A stretch of DNA of 64,000 bases, taken from the NCBI GenBank assembly GCA_043228905.1, contig JBHGNT010000007.1, positions 12,958,001-13,022,000 of the forward strand, written 5' to 3'. The notes beneath the pieces are model-generated. The model saw only the letters and a program-made list of their open reading frames with translations, had not been told where the DNA came from and made no database searches. This DNA comes from Azolla caroliniana (Eukaryota; Plantae; Polypodiophyta). Both the position numbers and the translations under genes were made by a program. Within the stretch, counting starts at the first letter, position 1; each line of letters begins with the position of its first letter. Shown one piece after another: positions 48,892 through 63,387 of the stretch.

Positions 48892-51800
48892 TTGGGTCCC
48901 AATGATTTACTATGTGCAAACGGGTATATCAATGGATCTCCCGTACAATTTTTATTTGATTCGGGAAGCTCACACAATTTTGTGAATGATCGTTTGGTTC
49001 AGATATGGGGAATCCAACCCACCGTAAGTGATCACACCTACACGGTGCACTTGGCTGATGGAAGAGTACAATACATCAACGGGGTGATTCATTCATTAGG
49101 AATTTCTATTGATACTTATATAGAGGAAGTAGACTTCCATGTAATGAATCTTTGTATCACCGATATAATACTAGGTTATCCCTGGTTTTATAATAAAAAC
49201 TCTTCTTTATTGATTGATTGGGTTCGTCATTCCATTTCTTTTGTACTGAACGATTGTACGCATTTTATTCAATGTGTAAAAAAACAATCCCTCTCGATTG
49301 TTTCCTCGTGTCCATCAATATCCGAGTTGTCTTGTTCTACGTTATTTTATTGTGTACTTGATCCGGACATTCACGTTTACAATATCGATAATGTCCCGAT
49401 TCAATTAACATATTTTGAACAACAACAACTTGATGAAATCTTAAATGATTTTCATGATGTTTTTCCAAGTGAACTACCTGATGGGTTACCTCCTAAACGT
49501 AATATAGACCATCGTATAGATATTGTACCTGGTGTTGCACCAATAAGTATACCTCCGTATCGCTTAAGTCGATCTGAAGAAGATGAGGTATCTAAGCAAC
49601 TCAAGGACTATTTACGAATGGGTTATATACGTTATAGTAAATCTCCATGGGGTGCACCAGTTCTCTTGGTTAAAAAGAAAGAGGGCACATGGCGTATGTG
49701 TATTAATTACCGATGCTTGAATAAAGTGACGATCAAGAATTCGTATCCATTGCCCCGGGCTGACGATCTAATTGACCGTGTCCAGGGAGCTCGGTATTTT
49801 ACGAAACTTGATCTCTGTACTGGCTACCATCAAATACGAATAAGTGAGGACGATGTTCCTAAAACGGCATTTCGTACGCGCTATGGCCATTACGAGTTTT
49901 TGGTTATGCCTTTTGGTTTGACCAATGCTCAGGCTACTTTTCAACAAGAAATGAATGACATTTTCCGAGAACAACTTGGAAAATTTGTCGTTATTTTCTT
50001 GGATGATATTTTAGTTTATAGCCGTACATTACAAGAACATGCTAGACATGTCCGCTTTGTTTTACAAACATTGCGTGACAAACAGTTTTATGAGAAGATC
50101 TCAAAATGTGAGTTCTTCAAGAAATCAATTACTTATCTAGGACATCTCATAACCGAACAAGGAGTTGAAATTGATCCTTCTCGCATTGAGAAAATCAAGC
50201 TTTGGCCCACTCTTCGGAATATTCGAGAAGTTCGATCATTCCTTGGTTTTGTGGGGTTTTTGCGAAAGTCTCTTCGTAATTACTCCCAATTGACGACGCC
50301 GTTTACTGATCTTTTAAAAGGTCAAACGCGTAAGTCTACAAAACCTATTGTGTGGAATGCTACACTAGACCTCGCCTTTAAGGAACTCAAGGACCTGGTT
50401 TGCAAGGCTCCTTCACTTCTTTTACCTGATCCTTCAAAACCTTTTGAGGTTGAAACCGATGCAAGTGATTATGCTATAGGTGCTGTCTTGTATCAAGATG
50501 GTAAACCAATAGCATTCGAGAGTAAGAAACTTGATTTTGCTCAATGTCGGTATACCGTTCAAGAAAAGGAATTATTTGCAGTTATACATGTGCTCAAAAC
50601 ATGGCGCCATTATCTTTATGGAAATCGTTTTGTGGTAACTACGGACCATGAGTCCTTGAAATATTTTTGTGACCAACAAGACCTGAAAGGTCGTAAGGCA
50701 CGATGGGCTGATCTCATCTAGGACTTTGATTTTTCCATACGATATCATAAAGGTTCCATGAACACTGTCGCTGATGCACTAAGTCGCATCTGTGAAGTTA
50801 ACATGCTTAGCTTCACTGAAATAACATCAGATCTTTATGATCACCTTCAAGGAAAGTATCCTGATGACAGTTATTTTGCAAAATACTGGGCAAGAGTTGA
50901 GTCTGGAACAGACACCACCACATCCTCGAAGGAATACTTCCACATTGCTAACGGTTTGCTCTACCGTAATGGGAAGGTTTGTGTTCCAGATTTACCCGAG
51001 GTCAAAAAGAGGATTCGTTTTTAATGCCATGATGCACCCTCAGCAGGGCACCTTGGAATACATCGTACACTCATTCTCATCTCCACTCAATTTTATTGGC
51101 CTAAGATGCGTCCTGACATACATAACTATGTGCTAAATGTCACCAATGTCAGGTTAACAAAGCCGAGCGACTTAAAGCCGCAGGACTTTTACATCCCTTG
51201 GACATTCCCAACAATAAGTGGGAAAGTATATCCATGGATTTTATTGTTAGCCTTCCTCGCACCCAAAAAGGTCATGATGCCATCTGGTTTGTCGTTGATC
51301 GACTAACTAAAATGGCCAGATTTATTGCTACTAAAACCACGGTAACAGCTCCTGAATTGGCTTACCAATTCGTTGACGAATTGTTTCGTTTTTATGGGTT
51401 ACCGATGGATATCGTGAGTGATCGAGATCCAAAGTTTACTAGTGACTTCTAGACACAAGCCTTTAAGAAGTTAGAAACTACGTTGAGCATGAGCTCCACG
51501 GATCATCCTCAATCCGATGGACAGACAGAACGAGTAAATCAAATTATTGAGGACATGCTTCGAGCATACGTTGGTGCAAAACCAACAAAATGGGAACGTT
51601 ATCTCCCAATTTTGGAGTTTGCTTATAACAGCTCCAAGCATACGTCGACGGGATATAGTCCTTTTATGTTGATGTATGGTTGCCAGCCACGAGCCCCGAT
51701 TGATGTTAATATACATCATGATGAGTTGCGAAGTACGCAAAACTTCCTTCGGGATATGCAAGATATGTTGCATATTGCACGAGATAATATAAAAACAGCT

Positions 51801-52316
51801 CAAGATAGAGCGCGTTTTTATGCCGATCATCATAGGCAACCTCGTGTATTCAACCTTGGACAGAAGGTATTTTTACGTGTACCTCACAATTCTAAGACAT
51901 TGTCTACGGGTAAGTGCGCTAAGTTAGCCCCACGGTTTTGTGGACCTTTTACAGTCCTCAAACGCATTGGGTCATCAGCCTATCGTCTCGCTCTTCCCGA
52001 TGGTGTCGGAATTCATCCAGTCTTTCATGTGAGTCGTCTAAAAGAACTTCTAGGTTCTGGCGACAATACAATTACGACTGAAACTCTGGTTACTTCTGAA
52101 GAATTATCTTCTAAACCACATGTACTAGAAAGAATTCTAGATGTTAAAACAAAAAAATTACGTACTAAAGAAATCCGAGAATTTAAAATAAAATGGATCG
52201 ATAAATCAATAAAAGATGCCACATGGGAACGCGAAAATACTCTTAGAACTAACTTCCCTAACTTTCCATTGCAAGAGTGCAATGTTTTAAAGAGGGGGAG
52301 TATGTTATGGGCATGA
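48892..52316 (+). pseudogene. pol: Gypsy pol: protease-RT-RNase H-integrase-chromodomain with a few stops/frameshifts
   Basis: [10 protein letters not shown]; FLDD; [11 protein letters not shown]; ISMDF/IVSDRD/GQTERVN; GPF; ERILD...FKIKW...DATWE. Confidence 0.95.
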
Positions 52317-55300
52317 CCATATAATATCCCGTGGTAAGAATTTACCGTAGTATTCTATACACGTGGATAAGTGTGAGGGTTAAACGAGAGTGTAAAGAAG
52401 GGGAGGATTACTTTTAATCCTCGGGATTGAGACAACCCATTAGGTCAAGTGTGAACTTGCTTGGGGGCCTTGGGTATCGCTATAAATAAGAGGCCTAGCT
52501 ACCCTCATTTGATCATCTTTTGACTACATCGAGACTCTGGTCATGTGGTGGGTCAACTCTTGTAGCGAGCGCGCCAACACTAGGTACGACTCGACGCCAC
52601 GGCGGTGGTATGGGACGCCGATCGAGGCTCGAGTCCGTCTCGATCCCTTCGCTCGGGGGTGGTCGGGTGGATCGGCACCCTTCTTTCTCTTTCTCCTTTC
52701 TATCTTTCATTTCTTTATCCTTATCTTAAGCTTACTTTAGTACCTAGATCTATAATAGGGAAGTTGGCTCAGTGGATGTTGTTACTACAAGAGTTCGAAT
52801 TCGACATCCAGCATCAGCCAGGCGTTTAGCATGTCGTCACGGATTACCGGAGCCACATCGAGAACGGGGAAGACGCCGCCGACAACGGCGATGATTTTCC
52901 GGATAACGGAATTCAAGCAATGCCAAGGCGGATAAAGCAACGCCAGAAGACAAATGGCTCGAGGATATGAGTCATTTCCTAACCACCGCCTTACCTCCCC
53001 CATGGGTGCGAGCAGACGACAAGAAGCAATTGGAAGTCTAAACTCGAAATTTTTGTCTACTCTAGGACACGCTTTACCACAAAGGGAGCGACGACATTTG
53101 GCGGCGATGCATTCGACGCGATGAAAAGGAAGTGATGTTATGAGAAGCGCACCATGGGATAGCCGAGGACCATTACGCTGGCAAAGCAACAACAAAGAAA
53201 ATATGGCAAAGCAGCCTATGCTAGCCAACCACACAAAAAGATACCCATATGTACTACCGACAGTGCGACTTATGCCAGGGGATGGGCCAACCCATGCAAC
53301 AGGCTTGTATGCCTCATCAATCTGTATTGCCATTGAAACCATTCAAAAAATGGGGCCTTCACTTCATGGGCCCATTCACCCAAGCCGTGGCATGCATAAT
53401 AAAAAAATATATCATAGTTGCAACGTATTATTGCATGAAGTGGGTAGAATCAAAACCCTTATGGGACAACACGGACGTATCTATCGCAAAATTCCTCTAC
53501 GAAAACATCTGGTGTTGGTTCCGATGTCCCATCGAACTCATCAGTGATCAAGGAGGTCATTTCCTTAATAATGTTGCACATGGACTCACAAATCACTACA
53601 CCGTAGTTCATAAGAAGAGCACCCCGTATTACCCTCAAGCAAATGGACTTGCAGAATCAATGAACAAAACCAGGTACAGAACATTTTGAAGAAAATCGTA
53701 AACGAACATCGCACCAACTAAGACACAAAGCTTCAAAGCGCCCTATGGGCATATCAGTCATGTTTTAAAACTAGCACCAATCCATCCCATTCAGGTTAGC
53801 CTTTGGCCTCGAAGCAGTGATGCCAGTCGAATTTTGGATTCCGAGTCTATGCGTACAGATCCGTGCAAACCTCCCTGAAAATAAGTCGGAGCAACTACAT
53901 CTACAACAATTCATGGAACTCGATGAAAGTACGGTACTAAGCATGGCGGTTTTGGAACAAGAACAACGTTGTTGTAACGGATTTGTCGACTAACATTGAG
54001 GAGGAAACGAAAAAGCTTTCGAAATCGGAAAGGTCAGACTCGTGTTCCAGGCATGTATGGGAAAATGCCATTCAAACCCCGATTTCAATGGACGGAACCG
54101 GATTGGATAATAGGCGTCAAAAACGGCGCCTTTGAACTAGGAACCCTAACAAGAGAAATTTTGCGACAAAAGGTCAACGTCTTTCGACTAACACCCTACT
54201 CGGGGCCGACGCCTCCAAATCCGTTCAAAAATTCCACTGAGTTAATAGGTGAAGACGTCGGTCCACTTCCTGCCAAATCAACCTGGGGTGGCGAACCTAC
54301 CTTCCATTAATACGAACCCTGTTGTTCAATATTGTAATATTAGTGTAAACTATTAATAACAATTACCGTTATATATTAAAAATGAAAAATAAAGAAAAGG
54401 AAAAAGAAAAAGTCACTCAACTTGAGGGCTATAATTAAGGTTTTGCATGCAGGCACACAAACCAAGAAAACAAGTACTCTCTCAATTCCCACGCATGGAC
54501 AACATGGCTCCAAGGATCTTGAACATTATCGTTCCCACTACACAAAAAGGTAATCCAAGTAACCTATCTAACCGTGCACAACATAGAAGCTCTCATCACT
54601 ACCCTTGCTCTCCTCACTCTCTCTGCCTTGAAAAACCGAGAGTATCACAATGATCCGAGAAGGCCTTGCACAGGGCTATCAAGCCTTGGCCGACCGCCAC
54701 TCGAATGAAATCAAGCAGCTATTGGCGAAAATTGGCGACAGCCAGATCGAAACCTTGCTCGAACTCGAGGCATATGAATATGAATGCAAATAGGCGGAGC
54801 AAGGAGAAGGGACAAAAACCATAATACTCCCCCCGACCACGACTCCAACACACACGCAAAGGAAGAGACGCCCACTATTGTCGTGCTAGAGCTGACGCAC
54901 AAAACCCCATTCCCTTAGAGATGCCTAACATTGTCCCCACCATCACAACCCACTGGAGCCAAGCATCCTACACATTTTCGATGACACATAGATTTCCCTG
55001 TGGGTTCGGCCATGCAGTCACTGTCGCACAGGTGTGCCATGTGTTGGCCACCTTAGATGACCAAGTCGGAAAGGACAAAGCGGAAAAAGACAAGTGGACA
55101 GTTACGGTCGAGTAAAGAAGACAGATGGGGGCCGAAAAGTAGTAAAGAAGAGAAAATGTAAAATGGCTAGGACATTCAGGAGGGACAACAGTTCACGCTC
55201 TGTGTATAACTCTCCATGACCCTATATAAAGGGCATGGAAAACCTATAAAAGAATCGAATCATAGTTTTTGAAGAACTTTTGAATCTAGAATTTGTTTGC

Positions 55301-55558
55301 CTATTTGTTGTGTCTCTATTCTGTGTTGAGCTTTATCTGTGTTGAGTCCGTGTACCCTGTGGAAAGTTCGTACGAGTCGGATGTAGCCATCTTTGTAAAC
55401 CTCCACAGTACCCAAGATTGAGATACCTATCACGATTCTTGCTCACAATAACCCAGCCTACAAGTAAGCCCCTTCACACTCCTTCCCTGACCATGATACC
55501 CTTGAGCCAAACCACAAGGACTGAGTATTTGGTGCCGTGTTATTCTAAGCCGATAACA

Positions 55559-58514
55559 ATACGTATCTCTTAAAATCATATATATCTTTTAGGTGGATCA
55601 CATTCGGACGTGGTGTGTATGCATCACAAATGATATCAAATAACTTTGGTAATGTGAAGGCATCATTTCGGCTCAACTGTCTTGAGAAAGTACTGAACAT
55701 CTGATCAATATGGTCACTTTCACTTTCCTAAACAATCATTGGTTGACCAACATACTCAGATATCCAAAGACAGTTGAGATTTTGTTCTCCCTAGCTGTGT
55801 TGTCCAATTGAATGTAGAGTACAGGGGGCAATGAATGTCCCAAACACATCAAAACCGTTTGAATCACTGTGACTGTCAAGTTTGGGTCATTGTGGAAATT
55901 TGGGCTAGTTACGAAGACATGAGGTCTAATGGACCCATTATAATCCAATCAACCCACCAAATGCATCTAAACGAGACATTCATCATTGATGTCTTTAGGA
56001 AGTCATTGCATGTGTAGTAGACATTGTCTTATTTTGGTCCATACCATCGATTGTTAGACACATGTATTGTTCAGGATTCTTCAATGGTTTCTCTTTGTGA
56101 TGCATTGCTTTCTTTTGGTCCAAAGATTGAGCTTCGTGATGGTCATGTAACAACTTCTTATTTAAGTCCTTTTCCTTTGATGATTTTGGCACCCTTAGCC
56201 ATGCTCTTTGGATTTGCACCAATTGAGCATTACCCCATGCGTACTTTCCGTGGTATAATAATGTTTGTAAAGCAAGTTGTCCACAAACTTGTGAATTGGC
56301 TATACGTGACGTATCTATCATTCGACGCACACATATTTGATTTGTAGGAGTCATATACCTCTTGTCGTGTGTAATTATCTGAGAGATGCATTCTGCCCGT
56401 AGTTGGCAATTTCTCTGATGTAACTAGGTCGAACCTCACTCGATGTATTCTACGAGGAATCCTTTGTATGTGCATGGGGCTTGCCAACTGGCTACTGTGT
56501 GCATTATCCACTAGTGGATTTGCATTGGAGTCGGAATGTCGGCCTTTGCATGTCCCTCAATAATCTGGGGTGTTTGAGTGGCACTTTCTTAAGATTTTGT
56601 ATCGACATTGTAGTTGTACTCCTCAATAGAGAAATCTTAACCTATGTCAATATTTCTTCAAGTTTGGGAATATTCCTCAACAGAAAAAGGCGACCCTCTT
56701 GGGAAAGAATACTCCTCAATAGAAAATGGTGAATTTTGACTCATAGCTGAAATTTTTTTTATCTCTGACTATAATGCTCTCTTGATCAACTTAGAGCTTC
56801 TAACAAATGGATCAGTATAAATGATTATACGTTCTCTTATATTATTTTTTATAACATAATGACATTTATTTATATTTGTAATTATGTTTATAAAATAATA
56901 AATAAATATTTAAATATATATTCTAGTACTTAAATATATATTTAAATTTATATAGATAAATATAAATATAAGAGCCATATATGTATTCTAAGCCTATAAT
57001 TTAATATCTATGAACATGTAATATATTGTTTAGTAGTATATAGTTATAAAGAATAGCTATATAGTTATATCAATACATATATATGTGTTAATATGTCTAT
57101 AGCTTTATATGTCTCTATAGTTGTATTAATATATACACATTATAATAAATATATATTTAACAAGTTTATATACACTATATATATACTCTACCTATATATA
57201 ATTGTATATATTATATATGTATATATACTATTACATAAAGATAATCTACCTATATATAAGTATATAAACTCTATATATACATACACATACTCTATATATA
57301 CATATATGTATTGTATATATATACTCCACTTAGAAATCCACTATATGTAAAGTAACTATTTATATATATTTAAATTAACTAACCCCAGTTAACGAAACCA
57401 TAGTCACCTAACCCATGTGGGACCTATATATAGGGCACTCTCCTCCATTTGAGGAACACATGCAAACAAGAGCACAAAACACAACATAACTTCCCGACCG
57501 AGCACTCAAACACCTCTCACCCAAACTCCACGCTTCTCCCCAAACCCCAACAAACGAATATGTCAAGTTACGAAGAAGATCGATCGTACTGAGTCTAGGT
57601 AGGTACCCCAATTGTATGGATGATACAATGCACATTCCAATTTCCAACAACGCACCAACTTGCTACTTTGTATTGAGTTGGATTTTATAGTGGTGTCCTT
57701 CCCACCAACTCACTACAAAGTGTCGAGTTGATGTTTACAAAACCGAAATTAAACGCCAAGTTGATACTTTGTATCGAGTTGGGATTTGATTTTTGTATTT
57801 TAGACACTAACTTGAACTTTGTATCGACTTGGGGTTTGATTTCTGTGTTTTAAACCGTAACTCAATCTAAAGTATCGAGTTGGGGTTTGATTTCTGTGTT
57901 TTAAACCGTAACTCAATCTAAAGTATCGAGTTGGGGTTTAATTCCTGTGTTTTAAACCCGATGTCAATAGTTTGTATCGAGTTGGGGTTTAATTTCTGTG
58001 TTTTAAACCCCAACTCGATACTTTGTATCAAGTGGAGGTTTAATTTCTATGTTTTAAACCCCAACTCGATAGTTTTCATTGAGTTGGAGTTTAATTTCTG
58101 TGTTTTAAACACCAACTCGTTACTTTGCATCGTGTTGGGGTTTAAACTCGATACATTGCATCGAATTTCCGTTTAATATCATATTTTTCAACTGGAACTC
58201 GATACATTGTAACAATTTCATGTTGAATTTAAGGTGTCTTGAATGAAAATGCACTTGAAACTACATATTTTGATGCAAACCACCTATACATAAAACTTAC
58301 ATAGAGATCATTTTTAATACATTTATAATACATTTATAATAGCTTTGGACCTAACAAATCTCATAATTGACTAGAAAAACTCATAAGTGACCCTAATTTT
58401 CCTTTTGATCCTTACAACTGACAAGGAAACCTAATATTGAGTTGCATCACAACTACATTCTATAGTTGGTATAAGATACGTGGATGGAATGTGAACATTG
58501 ACTCATTAAAGCAA
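55559..58514. mobile_element. Third, diverged and truncated copy of the transposase/ParB-MTase transposon
   Basis: Minus transposase remnant from ATG 56744 (MSQNSPFSIEEY; IDGMDQ; LYIQLDNTARENK). Divergent TATA ~57424, exon-1-like 57560-57598 with GT donor, then the palindrome array. Cut by LTRs on both sides. Confidence 0.75.
57655..58215. repeat. Palindrome array CCAACTCGATAC-NNN-GTATCGAGTTGG at 51-bp period
   Basis: About 10-12 units, variably decayed; GTATCGAG at 57872 and 57923 are 51 bp apart. Confidence 0.88.
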
Positions 58515-60651
58515 TGTTGTGTGGTTTTTCACACAGGATATGAAAACTAGTAAAATAATTATTTAACGGAACCGGATGACGACCGAACCGGACCGGACGG
58601 ATCATGCAGCGAACTAAAGTAAACGAAACTAAACTAAAGTAAAGGTTGTGTGAACGCATGCAACTAAAGTCAAACTTTATGTAAAGTAAAGGTCATGTGG
58701 ATGCATGCAATTGAACTTAAAAAATGGAAACTAGAGTTCCTTCATGCAAGTGTGAGAAGGGAGGAGAAAAGCTAGCTCTCGATAATCCATAGATAAGAAT
58801 GGTCCTTAGGAGATCGAAGCCATCTTTTGGGGGGGGGGCGGGGGGGGGAGAACTCTAATTTTCTTATTGGATGTATCCCTCGAGGAAGCCATAAACACTA
58901 ATTTTTTTATCGAAGCCATAAACCTTAATTTTCCTTACGAAAGCTATCCTTACATAAACCCTAATTTTCCTTACAGAAGCCATATCATCCAGAAACCTTA
59001 ATTTTCCTTACGGAAGCTATCCTTATATAAGCCCTAATTTTCCTTATGGAAGCTATCTCTCAAAAACCCTAATTTTTCCTTTCTATTAATCTTAGTAAAC
59101 CTAAAACTTCTGAATACCAATCTTGGGACATATTGGAATTTTCTCTTCCTTTGCTAATGAAAAATTACTAAATTTTCTCATTTTTGTGAATTGTTAAAAG
59201 TATAAATGCACGAATGTGATATCCTCTAGTCGGAGGCCCCGGGGTCTTGCCTCAAGTTCACATATCCTCGTCGTATTTTAATGACATCTTGGTGAAACCG
59301 ACATGAAACGAGGCGGCAGGAGGATATCTCATGGAGGCATATAGATACAAAGAGCCGAAGAGATGCAGCCTATACGAGTTCGACCAATGGGTATCTTCAT
59401 TAAAGAACCACCCCAAAGGGCCATGAATGCTTCTATTGAGTTCGAGTGTCACTTTGCACAACTCTCGGAGCAGGATCAAAGATTGGTGGGGGTGGAAAAA
59501 GTCCTAATGTTTGTGAAGTCAATCGATCGGAAGGAAAGGAAGTCCATTGGAATCTGACTTAAGGATGATGATGGTGCAAATGGCCTCACCGAGGATTTGA
59601 CGAAATTGGAAAGAGTATGTCAACTACATGATAAGAGGAAGACAAGCAACACAACCCACGAGGGATGGTGAAGGGAGGACAGGAAGCAACAGTTACAAAC
59701 TACCACCTAAAGAAGAGAGTTTGAAGAGGGAAGGTTTGATGGTACTCGACATAGAGACCTTCATAAACGAGGCATATGATAATTTAAAGGTGCAAGTCGA
59801 GGCGAAAGAGAATCTTATAATGGAACCAAGACCGATTTAAATGGTTATCAAGGAAGAAGAGACCTCCCAACAAAGGTGGACTAATGATACGGCCAATACG
59901 AAGGCCCAAGTTCGGTACAACAACACCACCGGAGAAGGTGAGGAACAAGACGCCTTCTCGTCTTGCAAAGAAACAATGATGAAGAATGAAAGCAATGAAT
60001 CAAGGGTGGCGAATGCCACTTCAAGCGAGGACAAATGTTTCAGAACACACATCGTGTCTGAAACATCAAGTGATGAAGGTGCAAGCATGAGCAAAGCTTG
60101 CATGATCAAGTGAGATAAAAAGTGTGAGGCCGACATGATTGAGGAGATAGCCACGAAAACGGACATTGAGTCAGAGGTTGCTATGGACAAGTCAATGGCG
60201 AATGGTCGTGTCGAGACTTTCTCCACATTTGTTCGAGAGACTTGGGTAGATGCGTCAGAAAGCAAACGTGAGACCAAATAGACGGAAGGTGGCGGCGAGG
60301 AAGTGAAGGCCGAAGCTAACACATTGGAAGAAGAGGGAGATGTCAAGATGAAGAGGGTAGAAGATGATCATGAAGAGACTTTCCCCACAAAAGTTCTTGA
60401 GACTTGCGCATTAACCGATGTAAGACCCAAGAGACGGAAGGTGGCGGTGAGGAAGCAAAGATCAAAGCCAATGCGAACAACCATAAGGTGGAACTGGCTA
60501 AGGGTAGCACGACAAAGACAATGGAAAACTAGAAAATCATATAAATCCCTCCACACTTGTTTGAGAGACTTGGGCATTAACCAATGTAAGACCCAAGAGA
60601 AGGAGGGTGGCGGCGAGGAAGCAAGGGTTGAAGCTAGTGCGTGCAATAAGG
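58515..60651 (+). mobile_element. Gypsy derivative: 5' LTR 58515-59286, degenerate Trp PBS, deleted gag, charged ORF
   Basis: TGTTG...TGACA; AAACCCTAATTTTCCTTACGGAAGC repeats 58850-59080; TGGTGAAACCGACATGA 59290-59306; gag EKVLMFVKSIDRKER...NGLTED. Confidence 0.7.
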
Positions 60652-61019
60652 AACACTTTCGCGTTCACAAGTGGAAGGATCACGCATAAATGGAAGGATA
60701 AGGGAAACTTTGGTTCATTTTAGGGCTTTTTCAATGATTTTACAGAACACATTGATACCAGTATCATACATGTTCCAACATACTATGAAAAAGGTTAAAA
60801 ATCCACTATTTTCGTGATTTAGAAGTAACTAAAAAAAGACGAATTTCAAAAAGTTACATTCTCAATTTATATCACAAACTTTACAACCAATGTTATTTTA
60901 TAAGAAACGATTTTTTAGAAATCATAAGAATTCAAAACACATGCTTTGATATTACTCGATTTGTTACAAGCAGAATGTGGTTACACTTAATAGCCAAATA
61001 TACATTCATGATCACTCCT

Positions 61020-62551
61020 TTACGGAGAATCACTACTATAACTAATATACAATGACGATTCCTCCTCGTCATCCTCGGATGTATCAATCAGTGCATTATC
61101 TTCGTCACTATAAAATACATCCCACCATGACGTGTCTTGTTGTGCGACATATTTCTTGGCGGCCTCAATATGCTTTCTTTTTTCTTCTAAGGCTTGGAGC
61201 CATGACCGTTTTTGTTCCGATACCAAGTCACTTTGCAATTATCCTTTCTTCTCAATTGGCATTTGCTTAGCTCCATAGACAATTGAACTCGACATACAAA
61301 GTAATAACTGGCAACCACCTTCAGGTTCCCATGTTGTAGAAGATGAATATTGTTTAGCATACAAAAGTGTAGAACCACTTATTCCATTTTTCTTTATCAT
61401 AAAAATGTGATTGAAACTTATATTGTTTAACTGAGCAAGCACTTTAACATTCCCACCACCCCCATCTGATATATATCTCTTAAAGTCATATACCTCCTTC
61501 AAGTGTAACACTTTTGGGCGTGGTGTATATGCATCACAAATGACATCAAATAGTTTAGGTAAAGTGAAAGAATCATGCTGAGACAACTGTCTGGAGAATG
61601 TGCTAAACATCTGATCTATATGGTCATGTGTGTGGCCAACCGAAAGAAAATTGACTTTCACTTTCCTAAACAATTCTTGGTTGACCAACATACTTAGATA
61701 GCCAAACACAATTGAATTTTTGTTCTCTCTAGCAGTATTGTCCAATTGAATGTATAGAACAGGCGGGAAAGGTTGGCCCCAAGACATCAAAACTCGGTGA
61801 ATGACTGTAACTGTTAGATTAGGGTCATTGTGACCATTGGGGTATGTAATGAAGACGTGAGGTCCAACAGACGTATTATAAGCCAAGCATCCAATTTTGA
61901 ATGCAACTCTACATATCTGTTGCGCATGGAAGATATAATACTCGAATGATACTTTGATCCCCATACATTTGTCAAATACTAGTTGCATATGTGACCCGAG
62001 GTAAGTGTCTTGCTCATCACTAGTCATCGAAAAATAGTATCGCCTTAATTCTCGCAACTTTGATTTTCCAATCATAGACATACAACGACGGGCACAACAT
62101 ATTTTTTTGACATCAAATCCAATCTGTTTATCTGATGTCACAAAGCTAAATCTTGCTAGACGAATTCTTCGTGGGATTCTTCTAATATGCATAGGGCTTC
62201 CAGATTTCTCTTCCTGCATAAAGGTTGTGTAACCTTGTTACAATCTAATTCTTTGTTGTGACCATCGCCAATGTTATTCGATGTTTCATTGACACTACCT
62301 TCATTCTCCGTATCTTTATTAATATCGTATTCTTCAATAGAGAACTCTTCACTTGTGTCATTATTTACATTCCTTGTAGGTGAAGATGAGCTCAGACAAT
62401 ATTCTTCGATAGAATATGGTGAGTCTGTCGACAGACAATATTCTTCAATAGAATATGGTGAGTCTATCGACAAACAATACTCTTCAGTAGAAAACGATGA
62501 GTCTGATGACAAACAATATTCTTCAATCGAGAACGGTGAATCTTCACTCAT
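61020..62551 (-). pseudogene. DDD transposase with internal deletions
   Basis: LYIQLDNTARENKN and VGHTHDHIDQMFS retained; the segment between FKI and GCLAYN (with the first Asp) is deleted relative to copy 1. Confidence 0.85.
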
Positions 62552-63387
62552 GGCTTAAGGTCTAGATAGGGCTCTGTAAGTTATGTGCTTAGTCTAAGGC
62601 AAAAAACTAATAAGCTCCTCTCTAAATATAAACTTCTCTCTAAACAAAAGCTCCCTCAATAGAATGTCTATATTATTTAATATTATATTAATACAATACA
62701 TAGAAATATTATTTTTAATATAGTATTTGTATTTAAAATATCAATAATTATTTAAACTAGGTCTATATGAAGTTAAATCAAGTATAATATAAATCCAATC
62801 ATTACCAAGCCATAAATATGTTGGATTAAAGTTAAAATCATTGGCTAATTAATGGCACCCATATTTGATATGGAACCTCTCAGTCATTGGTTCATTAATG
62901 CTCACCATTGTAAATATTAGACTTATCAATCATTGGTTAATTCATGCCCACATCTTTAATACATATCAATTGAGAGTCATAAAAATGTTGCTTTTAGTAA
63001 TCAATCATTGGTACATTCATGAACCTCTATCATTGTCTTCTTCATGACCTTTAAAGTCATTGTAAGTTGTTATGACTATAAAAGATTTATCAATATGTTA
63101 GTTTGACTTTGTAATCATTGATGTAATCATAAGTTACTCTAGTTAATGTGATTGTGGTTACCAACTAACTAACCTCAAACTTACCAACCTTGGTTAGGGT
63201 GACTATGGTTACTTTAACCACTGTGGTCAATCCCTATAAATAGGAAGACCTCGTCATATTTCACTCACAAGAGCACACAAGACCATACAAGAGCACAAAG
63301 AGCGAAGAGAGCACACAAAGCACACAAAACATATAGAGCACGAAGCACAAAAGCGCGATCTCTGCCTCCACTGCCACAAGATCAACC

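Larger units (their letters stand above)
45763..52757 (+). mobile_element. Structurally complete chromoviral Ty3/Gypsy element
   Basis: 455-bp LTRs 45763-46217 and 52303-52757 (~11 substitutions by eye); TSD GGGAA; Met PBS TGGTATCAGA 46220-46229; PPT AAAGAGGGGGAG; gag-pol with chromodomain. Confidence 0.96.
39957..55558 (+). mobile_element. Degenerate non-chromoviral (Athila/Tat-like) Gypsy with nested LINE and chromovirus
   Basis: Truncated 5' LTR 39957-40391 aligns with 3' LTR 55042-55558; degenerate PBS TGGCATGCCTAGT ~40396; gag 40730+; protease IIDGGSRVNV ~42430; RT (LDGFSGYN, FLDD); RNase H split at 45762/52758; integrase 53250-53950. Confidence 0.88.

Noticed and set aside
58850-59080. 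Telomeric AAACCCT repeats
   Set aside because: Single telobox-like motifs within ~35-40 bp LTR tandem repeats, not a telomere tract.
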